DNA of 63,354 bases from Candidatus Rokuibacteriota bacterium. GTDB lineage: Bacteria > Methylomirabilota > Methylomirabilia > Rokubacteriales > CSP1-6. Positions 34,748-46,441 of the stretch are shown one piece after another (the stretch's first letter is position 1; the number at the start of each line of letters is the position of its first letter). The stretch spans positions 1-63,354 of the forward strand of contig JACPCF010000025.1 of the NCBI GenBank assembly GCA_016179965.1, read 5' to 3'. A program made the position numbers and the translations under genes. The notes under the pieces are model-generated. The model ran no database searches, was not told the origin of the DNA, and saw nothing but the letters and a program-made list of their open reading frames with translations.

Positions 34748-35593
34748 ATGCGAGGGTCGCGGGAGGTCGTCGTCGGAAAGGTCCGGATCGGAGGCGACAA
34801 CCCGCTGGCCCTCATCGCCGGCCCCTGCGCCATCGAGGACGAGCCCCACGCCCTGATGCTGGCCGAGCGGCTCGCGCGCGTCGCCCGGGACGCCAAGGTG
34901 CCGTTCATCTACAAGTCCTCCTACGACAAGGCCAACCGCTCCTCGGTGGACTCCTATCGCGGCCCAGGCCTCCGCCAGGGGCTCAGCATCCTTCGGCGCG
35001 TCCGGGAGACCGTCGGCTGCCCCGTGCTGTCGGACGTTCACGACGTCTCGGAGGTCGAGCCCGCCGCCGAAGTGCTGGACGTGCTCCAGGTGCCGGCCTT
35101 CCTCTGCCGGCAGACCGACCTCGTCCTGGCCTGCGGGCGCACGCGGAAGCCCGTGAACGTCAAGAAGGGGCAGTTCCTGTCGCCGCGGGAGATGGGGAAC
35201 ATCGTGGAAAAGCTCCGCTCCACTCAGAACGACCAGATACTGCTCACCGAACGTGGCACCACCTTCGGCTATAATAACCTGGTCGTGGACTTCCGAGCTT
35301 TTCAGATCATGCGGGAGTTCGGCTATCCCGTCGTCTTCGACGCGACCCACTCCCTGCAGCTACCCGGCGGCGAGGGGACCCGGTCGGGCGGCGAGCGGAA
35401 GTACGTCCCCGCTCTGGCCAGAGCAGCGGTGGCGGTTGGAATCGACGCATTATTCATGGAGATCCACGAAGACCCCGACCGGAGGCTGAAGGACGGCCGC
35501 CCGCTCTCCGACGGCCCGAACATGCTGCGCCTCGACGACCTCCCGCGGCTGCTGGCGGAGATCACGGCCATTCGGGCCGCCCTCGGCCGATGA
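34748..35593 (+). CDS. kdsA: KDO 8-phosphate synthase
   Basis: IAGPC, KSSYDKANRSS, PAFLCRQTD, KKGQF, ERG..FGY, DATHS. Confidence 0.97.
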   Translation: MRGSREVVVGKVRIGGDNPLALIAGPCAIEDEPHALMLAERLARVARDAKVPFIYKSSYDKANRSSVDSYRGPGLRQGLSILRRVRETVGCPVLSDVHDVSEVEPAAEVLDVLQVPAFLCRQTDLVLACGRTRKPVNVKKGQFLSPREMGNIVEKLRSTQNDQILLTERGTTFGYNNLVVDFRAFQIMREFGYPVVFDATHSLQLPGGEGTRSGGERKYVPALARAAVAVGIDALFMEIHEDPDRRLKDGRPLSDGPNMLRLDDLPRLLAEITAIRAALGR

Positions 35594-36561
35594 CGAGGGA
35601 CGACCGGCTCAAGCTGGCCGGGCGCGTCCTCAGGCTGGAGGCGGAGGGGATCCTCGGCCTGGTGTCCCGCCTCGACGCCCGGTTCCTGACGGTGGTGGAC
35701 CTCCTCCACGACTGCCGGGGACGCGTGATCGTCACGGGCATGGGGAAGTCCGGGCTCGTGGGCCGAAAGATCGCGGCCACGTTCGCCAGCACGGGCACCC
35801 CCGCCTACTTCCTCCACCCGGCGGAGGGGGTCCACGGCGACATCGGCATGGTGGCCCGCGACGACGTCGTCCTGGCCATCTCCAACTCGGGAGAAACGGA
35901 CGAGCTCCTCGCGATCCTCCCCCAGCTCAAGCGGCTCGGCGTGCCCCTCATCCTCCTGACGGGGACGCCCACGTCCACGCTGGCCAAGCAGTCCGACGTG
36001 GTGCTGGACGTGAGCGTGGCGGAGGAAGCGTGCCCGATGAACCTGGCCCCCACCTCCAGCACCGCGGCGGCGCTGGCCCTTGGGGACGCGCTCGCCATGG
36101 TCCTCCTCGATCTCAAGGGGCTCAGGCCGGAAGACTATGCGGCGCTCCACCCGCGCGGCGCCCTCGGTTGGCGGGCCCTGTTCAGGGTGGCGGACCTGAT
36201 GCACGCGGGCGAGGCCGTCCCCAGGGTCCACGAGGACGCGCCCATGGCGGAGGTGATCCGTGAGATGACCGACAAGCGCCTCGGCGTCACAACGGTGGTG
36301 GAGGCCACGGGGCGGCTGGTCGGGATCTTCACGGACGGTGACCTCCGCCGCGTCCACCTCAAGGACCAGCCGATCGCCGCCCTCAGGGCGCGGGACTGCA
36401 TGACCCGGTCGCCCAAGCTCATCGGGAAAGACGAGCTCGCGGCCAAGGCGCTCCAGGTCATGGAGTCCTTCGCCATCACCAGCCTCGTCATCGTGGACGA
36501 GGCCCAGCGCCCCCTGGGCATCATCCACCTGCACGACATCCTTCGCGCCAAGATCGTCTGA
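35590..36561 (+). CDS. kdsD: Arabinose-5-phosphate isomerase (SIS plus CBS)
   Basis: GMGKSG, STGTP, HGDIG, SNSGET, LAPTSST, HPRG. Confidence 0.95.
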   Translation: MTRDDRLKLAGRVLRLEAEGILGLVSRLDARFLTVVDLLHDCRGRVIVTGMGKSGLVGRKIAATFASTGTPAYFLHPAEGVHGDIGMVARDDVVLAISNSGETDELLAILPQLKRLGVPLILLTGTPTSTLAKQSDVVLDVSVAEEACPMNLAPTSSTAAALALGDALAMVLLDLKGLRPEDYAALHPRGALGWRALFRVADLMHAGEAVPRVHEDAPMAEVIREMTDKRLGVTTVVEATGRLVGIFTDGDLRRVHLKDQPIAALRARDCMTRSPKLIGKDELAAKALQVMESFAITSLVIVDEAQRPLGIIHLHDILRAKIV

Positions 36562-36622
36562 CCCCCCGCCCGTTCTTAGATCTTGCCTGGATGGGCAACC
36601 TGGTATTAGACTTGCATCCGGT

Positions 36623-37195
36623 ATGGCCTTTTCGCCCCAACGGCTGTCACGCTGGATCCTCACGGGGGTGACCCTCTTCGCCCTCTTCGTGGTGGGGGTC
36701 CTCGTCATCCGGGGGTACCTGACCCGCCCCCCCCATGACCTTCCCCCGAGCAAGGCCGACTACCGCATCAAGGAGGTCCGCCTCCAGGAACAGGGGAGCG
36801 GCAAGGTTCAGTGGCGGCTCACGGCCGACCAGGCCGAGGTCTTCGAGCGCGAGGGGAAGACCGTCATGCGGAAGGTGACCGTCACGATCCAGGACCCCGA
36901 CCGGACCTGGACGGTTACCGGCGAGGAGGGCGACCTCCTGGACGCCACCAAGAACGTGGAAATCCGCAAGAACGTCGTGCTGGTCTCGAGCGACGGCCTC
37001 CGGCTCGAGACCGACCGCCTCTCCTGGCAGGCCAAGGAGCGACGCCTCTGGACCAGCGAACCGGTGACGATCTTCCGCCAGGGCGCCATGGTGAGGGGCC
37101 AGGGACTGGAGGCCTGGATGGCGGATGAGCGGACCCAGGTGAAGGGGCGCCTCCGGGCCACCTTCTCCGAGCGAGCCGGGGAGCGGGCGCGGTGA
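36623..37195 (+). CDS. lptC: LPS export protein LptC
   Basis: N-terminal TM then beta-rich body; kdsD-lptC-lptA-lptB synteny. Confidence 0.88.
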   Translation: MAFSPQRLSRWILTGVTLFALFVVGVLVIRGYLTRPPHDLPPSKADYRIKEVRLQEQGSGKVQWRLTADQAEVFEREGKTVMRKVTVTIQDPDRTWTVTGEEGDLLDATKNVEIRKNVVLVSSDGLRLETDRLSWQAKERRLWTSEPVTIFRQGAMVRGQGLEAWMADERTQVKGRLRATFSERAGERAR

Positions 37196-37797
37196 GGGGG
37201 CAGGGGCTCCTCGCTCTGGCGCTCCTCGGAGCCCTCCTGGGCCCGGCGGTCCCGCCATTCCCCGGTGACGCTCCGGCCCAGCCCGCCAAGCCGAAGAAGC
37301 CGGCGGCCCGGTCGGACGCCCCCGCGCCCAAGCCGGAGGAGGACGAGAAGAATCAGCCCGTGACCGTGGACGCGGACCAGATGGAGAGCCTACAGAAAGA
37401 AGGGTTGGTCATCTTCACCGGCAACGTGGTGGCGCGTCAGAATAACTCGGTTCAGTACGCCGACCGGACTGAGGTGTACTTGGACCAAAAGGGAGAGCGC
37501 ATCGTTCGGACCGTCTCGGTGGGCAACGTCAGGATCATCACCAAGGACTGCCGCACCGGCACCGCGAAGCGGGCGGAATACTACGACGCCGAGCAGCGCG
37601 TCGTGCTCATCGGCAACGCGCGGGTCTGGCAGGAGGACAACGTGGTGACGGGCGACCGGATCACGATCTACCTGGCCGAGGAGCGGAGCGTGGTCCAGAG
37701 CGGCAACCAGGAGCGCGTGAAGGCGGTGTTCTACCCGAAATCGCAGGAACGCCGGAGCGACAGGCCGAAGGTGTCGGGCCCCTTCCCGTGCCCGTGA
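37192..37797 (+). CDS. lptA: LPS transport periplasmic protein LptA
   Basis: Signal peptide; VDADQM, FTGNV, GNARVWQ..N.VTGDRI. Confidence 0.9.
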   Translation: MRGQGLLALALLGALLGPAVPPFPGDAPAQPAKPKKPAARSDAPAPKPEEDEKNQPVTVDADQMESLQKEGLVIFTGNVVARQNNSVQYADRTEVYLDQKGERIVRTVSVGNVRIITKDCRTGTAKRAEYYDAEQRVVLIGNARVWQEDNVVTGDRITIYLAEERSVVQSGNQERVKAVFYPKSQERRSDRPKVSGPFPCP

Positions 37798-37804
37798 GCC
37801 TCCC

Positions 37805-38527
37805 ATGGAAGGCCTGATCGCTCAGGGGCTGCTCAAACGCTTTGGCGCGCGGCGTGTCGTTGATCACGTCGGCTTCGACATCCAGCGGGGCGAAGTGGTC
37901 GGCCTCCTCGGCCCGAACGGGGCGGGGAAGACCACATCCTTCTACATGATGGTGGGGCTCCTCAAGCCCGACGGCGGGGGGATCTTCCTCGAGGGCGAGG
38001 AGATCACCGACCTGCCCATGTACAAGCGCTGCCGGATGGGGATCGGGTATCTCCCCCAGGAGTCTTCCGTGTTCAGGAAGCTGACCGTCGAGGAGAACCT
38101 GCTGGCGATTCTCGAGACCCTGGACCTCTCGCACAGCGAGCGGATCGGCCGGCTCCGGGAGCTGCTCCAAGAATTGGACCTGACCCCCCTCGCCCGCCAC
38201 AAGGCGTTCACGCTGTCGGGCGGGGAGCGGCGGCGCCTGGAAATCACGCGCGCGCTCGTCACGTCGCCCCGGTACCTCCTCCTCGACGAGCCGTTCACCG
38301 GGATCGACCCGATCGCGATCGGTGACATCCAGGAGATCGTCGCCCGGCTCCGGGAGCGGGGCATCGGCATCCTCATCACGGACCATAACGTGCGCGAGAC
38401 ACTCGCCATCACCGATCGCGCCTACATCCTCTACGACGGAAAGATCCTCGTGTCGGGCACCGCCATGGAGCTGGCCCAGAACCCCACCGCCCGCGAGATT
38501 TACCTGGGCGAGAAGTTCTCGCTCTAG
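37805..38527 (+). CDS. lptB: LPS export ABC ATPase LptB
   Basis: [46 protein letters not shown]. Confidence 0.97.
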   Translation: MEGLIAQGLLKRFGARRVVDHVGFDIQRGEVVGLLGPNGAGKTTSFYMMVGLLKPDGGGIFLEGEEITDLPMYKRCRMGIGYLPQESSVFRKLTVEENLLAILETLDLSHSERIGRLRELLQELDLTPLARHKAFTLSGGERRRLEITRALVTSPRYLLLDEPFTGIDPIAIGDIQEIVARLRERGIGILITDHNVRETLAITDRAYILYDGKILVSGTAMELAQNPTAREIYLGEKFSL

Positions 38528-38551
38528 GGTCCAGGGGCGAGGACGATCCCG

Positions 38552-40018
38552 ATGGCCATCGAGGCGCGCCTCTCTCTCCGGCAGACCCAGCGGGTCGTGA
38601 TGACCCCGCTCCTGCAGCAGGCGATCCAGCTCCTCCAGCTGTCCACGCTGGAGCTCCAGGAGCTGGTGCAGAAGGAGCTCCTCGAGAATCCCCTCCTGGA
38701 GGAGTTGCCCCCCGACGGGGCCGAGGCCCCCGACGGGGCCGCCGAGGAGGCGAGCCCCGCTCCCGCCGCGACGCCGCCCACGTCGGAGGCGCCAGCCGGT
38801 GACGGGGCATCCCTCGATCCCGCCCAGACGGACGTGCTGCCCTTCGATCTCACCGCCGCCATCTTCGACTATCCGGAGGAGCCCACGCTGGTGCAGCAGG
38901 AGGACCGGGAGGAGCCGCCCTTCGAGAATTTCAGCCGCAACGATTCCTCCCTCGCGGACCACCTGGACGAGCAGCTCCGGATGGCGTCCGACGACCCGCG
39001 CGTCCGGGCCATCGGGGAGGCCATCATCGGCAACCTCGACGAGGACGGCTACCTTCGCTGCGAGCTGGAGGAGATCGCCAAGAACACGGGCGCGGGGATC
39101 GCCGAGGTGGAGAAGGTGCTCGTCGAACTCATCCAGAAGTTCGACCCGCCGGGGATCGCCGCCCGGACTCCCCAGGAGTGCCTGCTGAACCAGCTCCGGG
39201 CGGACCCCATGCCCGACCCCGTGGCGATCGAGATCGTGGAGCAGCACTTCGAGGCCCTCGAGCGCCGCCGGTACCTGGACATCTCCAAGGCGCTGAGGCT
39301 CCCTATCGAGCGGATCATGGAGGCGGTGGAGGAAATCCAGGCCCTGGAGCCGAAGCCAGGCCGGCGGTTCGGGGCGCCGGACACCCGCTACATCACCCCC
39401 GACGTGTTCGTCCACAAGATGGGCGACGAGTATACGGTCGTCCTGAACGAGGACGGGATTCCCCGCCTCAGGGTGAATTCCCTGTACCGGAGCCTCCTCC
39501 GCGGCTCCGGCCAGGAGGCCAAGCAGTACGTGGAGCAGAAGCTCCGCTCGGCCATCTGGCTCATCAAGAGCGTGCACCAGCGCCAGCGGACCCTCTACCG
39601 CGTCACCGAGAGCATCGTGAAGTTCCAGCGGGAGTTTCTCGACAAGGGGCTCGCCTGCCTCCGGCCGCTCGCGCTCCGGGACGTCGGGGAGGACATCGGC
39701 ATGCACGAGTCCACGATCAGCCGCGTCACCACCAACAAGTACGTGCAGACCCCGCAGGGGCTCTTCGAGCTCAAGTACTTTTTCCACAGCGGCATCGCCA
39801 CCGGCGCCGGGGACATGGTGTCCTCGCTCTCCGTCAAGAAGATGATCCGCGATCTCCTGGAGACGGAAGAGCCCTCCAAGCCGCTCTCCGACCAGGAGAT
39901 CGCCCAGGTCCTCAAGGAGCGGGGGCTCGTCATCGCCCGACGCACGGTGGCCAAGTACCGGGAGGAGCTCGGCATCCTGCCCTCCCACCGACGGCGGCTC
40001 GCCCCGAAGAAGCGTTAG
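38552..40018 (+). CDS. rpoN: RNA polymerase sigma-54
   Basis: MTPLLQQAIQLLQL, MHESTISR, RpoN box ARRTVAKYRE. Confidence 0.98.
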   Translation: MAIEARLSLRQTQRVVMTPLLQQAIQLLQLSTLELQELVQKELLENPLLEELPPDGAEAPDGAAEEASPAPAATPPTSEAPAGDGASLDPAQTDVLPFDLTAAIFDYPEEPTLVQQEDREEPPFENFSRNDSSLADHLDEQLRMASDDPRVRAIGEAIIGNLDEDGYLRCELEEIAKNTGAGIAEVEKVLVELIQKFDPPGIAARTPQECLLNQLRADPMPDPVAIEIVEQHFEALERRRYLDISKALRLPIERIMEAVEEIQALEPKPGRRFGAPDTRYITPDVFVHKMGDEYTVVLNEDGIPRLRVNSLYRSLLRGSGQEAKQYVEQKLRSAIWLIKSVHQRQRTLYRVTESIVKFQREFLDKGLACLRPLALRDVGEDIGMHESTISRVTTNKYVQTPQGLFELKYFFHSGIATGAGDMVSSLSVKKMIRDLLETEEPSKPLSDQEIAQVLKERGLVIARRTVAKYREELGILPSHRRRLAPKKR

Positions 40019-40029
40019 AGGTGCCGGCC

Positions 40030-40557
40030 ATGCGTTACATCATCAGCAGCCACGGCGTCGCCCCCACACCCGCCTTCCGCCAGATGGTGGAGCGGAAGGT
40101 CGGCAAGCTGGGGCGGATCCTCCCGAAGATCATCGAGGCCAAGGTGATGCTGTCGGCCGAGAAGTACCGCAGAACCGCGCACATCACGCTCCTCGCGAAG
40201 CGTCGGGTCTTCAGGAGCGAAGAGACGGCCGGGGACCTCGCGGCGGCGGTGGATCTGGCGATCGACGCGCTCACCCGGCAGGTGCGGCAGGTCAAGGACC
40301 GGCTCCGCCAGCGGAAGCCCCGGGTCTCGCGCCACCGGCCCCCCGCCCGCATGCCGAGCGACGGCGAGCCCGCCGCGGGCCCGCTGGTGGTCTCCCGGCG
40401 CGTCCCCGCCAAGCCCATGTCCGTGGAGGAAGCCGTGATGCAGCTCGGGCTCCGGGACGATCAGTTCCTGGTCTTCACCAACGCCGCCACCGAGACGGTC
40501 AACGTCCTCTACCGCCGGAAGAACGGCGGGCTCGGTCTCATCGAGCCGGTGGCCTGA
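40030..40557 (+). CDS. hpf: Long ribosome hibernation promoting factor
   Basis: DL.AAVD.A.D.L.RQ; C-domain KPMSVEEAVMQL...NVLYRRKNG..GLIEP. Confidence 0.92.
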   Translation: MRYIISSHGVAPTPAFRQMVERKVGKLGRILPKIIEAKVMLSAEKYRRTAHITLLAKRRVFRSEETAGDLAAAVDLAIDALTRQVRQVKDRLRQRKPRVSRHRPPARMPSDGEPAAGPLVVSRRVPAKPMSVEEAVMQLGLRDDQFLVFTNAATETVNVLYRRKNGGLGLIEPVA

Positions 40558-40595
40558 TGCCGGGCCAATTGACTTCGCCACGACCCACTTCGTGC

Positions 40596-40644
40596 GACCC
40601 ATCCACTGGATGGGTCCCCCGCGCCAGGGATGGCCTTCGGCCAT
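40596..40644. repeat. Tandem intergenic hairpins
   Basis: GACCCATCC/GGATGGGTC and ATGGCC-TTC-GGCCAT. Confidence 0.45.
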
Positions 40645-40750
40645 TGATCAGCGTCGGTCGTCGCCGGTCCTCACCGTACAACCGCGTACGCCTCCGGCCG
40701 GCTCCTCCCTCGGGCCTTGTCTGGCTTGCCACTTGGCCCGGCACTCCCGG

Positions 40751-41620
40751 ATGAACGAGAAGCCGCGCTTCGCCATCATCACCGGCCTCAGCGGGGCGGG
40801 GAAGAGCTACGCCATCAAGTGCTTCGAGGACATGGGGTACTTCTGCGTGGATAACCTGCCCACGACGCTCATCCCGACGTTCGCCGAGCTCTGCGCCCAG
40901 TCCACCCGTGAGATCCGGCGGATCGCCCTGGGCGTGGACGTCCGGGAGGGGGAGTACCTGGCCCACCTGGTGGAGACCCTCCAGGAGCTGAAGGCGAAGG
41001 GATACCCCACGGAGGTGCTGTTCCTCGAGGCGGGGGACGAGTCGCTCGTCCGGCGCTATCACGAGACGCGGCGTCGGCACCCCCTCGCGGGGGAGGGCAA
41101 CGTCCTGGACGGGATCCGTGCCGAGCGGAAGGCGATGGCCGACCTCCGGGAGATCGCCGATCGGATCGTGGACACCTCCGGCCTGACCGTCCACCAGCTC
41201 AAAGAGCTGGTGGTGGACTTTTACGGGGAGGCGAGGACGCGGGGCGCCCTCACGGTGTCGCTGGTCTCCTTCGGCTACAAGCACGGCCTCCCGTACGACT
41301 CGGACCTGGTCTTCGACGTCCGCTTCCTCCCCAATCCTCACTTCGTGGAAGAGCTACGCCCCCTCGATGGTCGGGCGCCAGCGGTGAGGGACTTCGTCCT
41401 CCAGCACGCCGAGAGCCGCCAGCTCCTGGACCGGCTCAAAGACCTGCTCGCCTTCCTCCTGCCCTTCTACCAGCGGGAGGGCAAGGCGTACCTCACCGTC
41501 GCGCTCGGCTGCACCGGAGGGCGGCACCGGTCCGTCGTCCTCGTCGAAGAGCTCCGCCCGTTCCTCGAGGCCCAGGGGTTCCCGCCCACGGTCACTCACC
41601 GGGACCTCGACCGTGAGTGA
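40751..41620 (+). CDS. rapZ: RapZ/YvcJ family P-loop protein
   Basis: ITGLSGAGKS, VDNLP, ETRRRHPL, SFGYKHG, DVRFLPNP, GCTGGRHRSV. Confidence 0.95.
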   Translation: MNEKPRFAIITGLSGAGKSYAIKCFEDMGYFCVDNLPTTLIPTFAELCAQSTREIRRIALGVDVREGEYLAHLVETLQELKAKGYPTEVLFLEAGDESLVRRYHETRRRHPLAGEGNVLDGIRAERKAMADLREIADRIVDTSGLTVHQLKELVVDFYGEARTRGALTVSLVSFGYKHGLPYDSDLVFDVRFLPNPHFVEELRPLDGRAPAVRDFVLQHAESRQLLDRLKDLLAFLLPFYQREGKAYLTVALGCTGGRHRSVVLVEELRPFLEAQGFPPTVTHRDLDRE

Positions 41621-43751
41621 TGCCCGCCGGGAGCCGAGCGCGCGCGATCCGCTGACCTTCCTCTTCGGCGTTCACAACCACCAGCCGACGGCTAACTTCG
41701 ACTGGGTGATCCGCGAGGCCACGGATCACGCCTACCACCCCTTCCTGGCCCTCCTCCAGCAGTTCCCGGAGCTGCCCGCTACGGTTCACACATCGGGCGG
41801 GCTCCTCATGTGGCTGAAGGAACAGGCGCCCCGCACGTTCGACCTGCTGGGGACGCTGGCGGCAAGGGGGCAGGTCGAGCTACTGACCGGCGGCTTCTAC
41901 GAGCCGATCCTCCCCATCCTGCCCGACTGGGACAAGGTGGGCCAGATCGGCGAGCTCACTGACTTCATCCGCCGTCACTTCGGGGTGACCCCGCGGGGGA
42001 TGTGGCTGGCCGAGCGGGTCTGGGAGCCCCACCTGCCGAAGGCGCTCCGGGAGGCGCGAGTCGAGTACGTCCTGGTGGACGACAGCCACTTCGGCCTGGC
42101 CGGGCTGAACCCCGCCGACTTGGGCGGCTACTATCTGACCGAAGAGCAGGGCGCGACCCTGGCGGTGTTTCCGATCAGTCAGCGCTTGCGGTATCTGGTC
42201 CCCTTCGCCGAGCCCGAGGACACCCTCGCCTACCTCGCCGAGAGGCGGGAGACGGCGGGCAGCCTGACGCTGGTGGACGACGGGGAGAAGTTCGGGGTCT
42301 GGCCGGGGACGCACCGGCTCTGTCACGAAGCGGGCTGGCTCCGGCGCTTCTTCGAGGCGGTGGTCGGCGCCTCGTGGCTGCGTGCCTCCACGCCCTCCCG
42401 ATACCTCGACAGCCACCCCCCACGCGGCAGCATCTACCTCCCCACCGCGGCCTACCGGGAGATGGGGGAGTGGGCGCTGCCGGCCGACGCCGCCCGCGAG
42501 CTCGAGGAGGCCAAGCACCGCATCCAGGCGCTCCCCGACGGGGAACGGCTCGTCACGCTCCTCCGCGGCGGGTTCTGGCGGAACTTCCTCGTCAAGTATC
42601 CGGAGGTCAACGACCTCTACTGGACCATGCTGCGGCTTTCCCGCGCCCTCCACGACTGCCTGGCCCAGCGCCCCGCTGATCCGAGGCTTCGCGAAGCCCG
42701 GAGGCATCTCTGGCGCGGCCAGGGCAACGACACCTACTGGCACGGAGTGTTCGGCGGATGCTACCTCCCTCATCTCCGCCGGGGCGCGCGGCAGGCCCTC
42801 CTCGCGGCCGAGCGGCTGCTGGCCGAGGCCACGAAGGCTCCACCCATGGCCTGGAGCCGCGGGGACCTCAACGGCGACGGGCGCGCCGAGCTGCGCGTCC
42901 GGACCCGGACGCTGGCGCTAACGCTCCACCCGTCGGCGGGGGGAAGCGTCACCGAGCTGGCGTCTCTCGCCAAGCCGCTGGATCTGGCTGACGTGCTGAC
43001 CCGCCGGCCGGAGGCCTACCATGCGCGGGTCAAGGCCGCTCCCGCTCAGGGGAGCGAGAATGGCGCGAGGACGATCCACGAGCGGCTGGAGGTCAAGGAG
43101 GCCGGCCTCGCCGAGTTGCTGGTGTATGACCGCTTCAGGCGCGCGTCCCTCCTGGATGGGCTCTTCCCGGAATCGGGGGAGCTCGATCCGCTCCACCCCT
43201 GGGACTTGGCAGACGTGGTTCTCGGGGACCAGCCGATGGAGCACCGAATTCGCCGTCGGCCCGGTCAGCTCGCCATACTCTTTTCGAGAGCAAATCCCGG
43301 AGGATGGCCTCTCCTCATTGAGAAAACGGTGACAGCCCGGGAGAAGGCCTCCGAGGTGAGCGTGAGCTACCACCTCCGCTGGAAGGGGAGCCGCCGACTC
43401 AGGGCGCGCTGGGCGGTGCAGTGGAACCTCGCCCTGACGGGGGGCGACCTCCCGGAACGGTACTACGACCTCCCCGGTCGGCCGAGCCTCCGCAGCCGAG
43501 GCGCCGCGGCTGACCGGGTCGGCGTGGAGCTCGTGGATGAATGGGTGGCGCTCGCCGCCGCCGTCCGCTGGGAGCGGCCCGCCGCCGTCGGGTGGGCGCC
43601 CGTGGAAACGGTCTCGCTCTCCGAAGCGGGCCTGGAGCGGATCTTCCAGGGCGCGTCGCTGCTCCTGGTCTGGCCTCTGGCCCTGGAGCCGGGCGAAGAC
43701 TGGGTGGAGCGCGTGCGCCTCACGATCAGGGATCGAGCCAATTCTCCTTGA
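41613..43751 (+). CDS. GH57 alpha-amylase/4-alpha-glucanotransferase
   Basis: HNHQP, GFYEPIL, WLAERVWEP, DDGEKFGVWP, WRNFLVKYPE, YWHGVFGG.YLPHLR. Confidence 0.92.
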   Translation: MSDARREPSARDPLTFLFGVHNHQPTANFDWVIREATDHAYHPFLALLQQFPELPATVHTSGGLLMWLKEQAPRTFDLLGTLAARGQVELLTGGFYEPILPILPDWDKVGQIGELTDFIRRHFGVTPRGMWLAERVWEPHLPKALREARVEYVLVDDSHFGLAGLNPADLGGYYLTEEQGATLAVFPISQRLRYLVPFAEPEDTLAYLAERRETAGSLTLVDDGEKFGVWPGTHRLCHEAGWLRRFFEAVVGASWLRASTPSRYLDSHPPRGSIYLPTAAYREMGEWALPADAARELEEAKHRIQALPDGERLVTLLRGGFWRNFLVKYPEVNDLYWTMLRLSRALHDCLAQRPADPRLREARRHLWRGQGNDTYWHGVFGGCYLPHLRRGARQALLAAERLLAEATKAPPMAWSRGDLNGDGRAELRVRTRTLALTLHPSAGGSVTELASLAKPLDLADVLTRRPEAYHARVKAAPAQGSENGARTIHERLEVKEAGLAELLVYDRFRRASLLDGLFPESGELDPLHPWDLADVVLGDQPMEHRIRRRPGQLAILFSRANPGGWPLLIEKTVTAREKASEVSVSYHLRWKGSRRLRARWAVQWNLALTGGDLPERYYDLPGRPSLRSRGAAADRVGVELVDEWVALAAAVRWERPAAVGWAPVETVSLSEAGLERIFQGASLLLVWPLALEPGEDWVERVRLTIRDRANSP

Positions 43752-43820
43752 GGCCGTTCCGGCGATGTGCTAACGTACCGTTCTTAGAGCCAAAGGAAAC
43801 TTTCGAGCGGGAGGAGTGAC

Positions 43821-44966
43821 ATGGTGCAGGCCGAACACCTCTTCACCTCGGAGTCGGTGACGGAGGGACACCCGGACAAGATCGCCGACCAGATCTCCGA
43901 CGCCGTGCTCGACGCGATCATCGCGCAGGACCCCGTCGGCCGCGTCGCGTGCGAATGCCTCCTCACCACCGGCCTCGTGGTCGTCGCGGGCGAAATCACG
44001 ACCTCCTGCTACGTGGACATCCCGCGGATCGCCCGCGAGACGATCAAGGAGGTGGGCTACACCCGCGCCAAGTACGGGTTCGACTACGAGACCTGCGGCG
44101 TCATCACGGCCATCGACGAGCAGTCGGCGGACATCGCCATGGGTGTGGACGCGCTGGGCGCGGGGGACCAGGGGCTCATGTTCGGCTACGCGTGCCGGGA
44201 GACGCCGGAGCTGATGCCGCTCCCGATCATGCTCGCCCACCGCCTCGTCCGCCGGCTCACGGAGGTGCGGCGCACGGGCGTCCTGGAGTACCTGCGGCCG
44301 GATGGCAAGAGCCAGGTCACGGTCCGGTACGTGGACGGCAAGCCGCGCTCGGTGGAGACGGTGGTCGTCTCGGCCCAGCACAGCCCCGACGTCACCCTCC
44401 AGCAGATCCGCGAGGACATCATCCAGCACGTCATCCAGCCCGCGATCCCGCCCGACCTCCTGGACCCCAAGCGCTGCGTCTTCCACATCAACCCCACGGG
44501 GCGGTTTGTAAGGGGTGGACCCATGGGGGATACAGGACTCACCGGCCGGAAGATCATCGTGGACACCTACGGCGGCTCGTGCCCTCACGGCGGCGGCGCG
44601 TTCTCGGGGAAGGACCCCACCAAGGTGGACCGGTCCGCGTGCTACATGGCCCGGCACATCGCGAAGAATATCGTCGCCGCGGAGCTCGCGGAGCGGGTCC
44701 AGGTCCAGGTGGCGTATGCCATCGGCGTCGCCGATCCGGTCTCGATCATGGTGGACACGTTCGAGACGGGCAAGGTCCCCCACGGGAAGCTCCAGGACAT
44801 GATCCGGCGGCACTTCGACCTGACCCCCGCGGGCATCATCAAGTATTTGAACCTTCGCCGGCCGATCTTCAAGAAGACGGCAGCGTACGGGCACTTTGGC
44901 CGGAACGAGCCCGAGTTCACCTGGGAGCGCACCGACCGCGTCAAAGACCTCCGGGACGACGCCTAA
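43821..44966 (+). CDS. metK: S-adenosylmethionine synthetase
   Basis: [28 protein letters not shown]. Confidence 0.98.
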   Translation: MVQAEHLFTSESVTEGHPDKIADQISDAVLDAIIAQDPVGRVACECLLTTGLVVVAGEITTSCYVDIPRIARETIKEVGYTRAKYGFDYETCGVITAIDEQSADIAMGVDALGAGDQGLMFGYACRETPELMPLPIMLAHRLVRRLTEVRRTGVLEYLRPDGKSQVTVRYVDGKPRSVETVVVSAQHSPDVTLQQIREDIIQHVIQPAIPPDLLDPKRCVFHINPTGRFVRGGPMGDTGLTGRKIIVDTYGGSCPHGGGAFSGKDPTKVDRSACYMARHIAKNIVAAELAERVQVQVAYAIGVADPVSIMVDTFETGKVPHGKLQDMIRRHFDLTPAGIIKYLNLRRPIFKKTAAYGHFGRNEPEFTWERTDRVKDLRDDA

Positions 44967-44970
44967 CTCT

Positions 44971-46388
<1,418 letters not shown>

Positions 46389-46441
46389 TCCCGGGCGGAC
46401 GGCTCCGCCGGGGCACGACCCCCCTGTCCTAAGGAGGCGCG

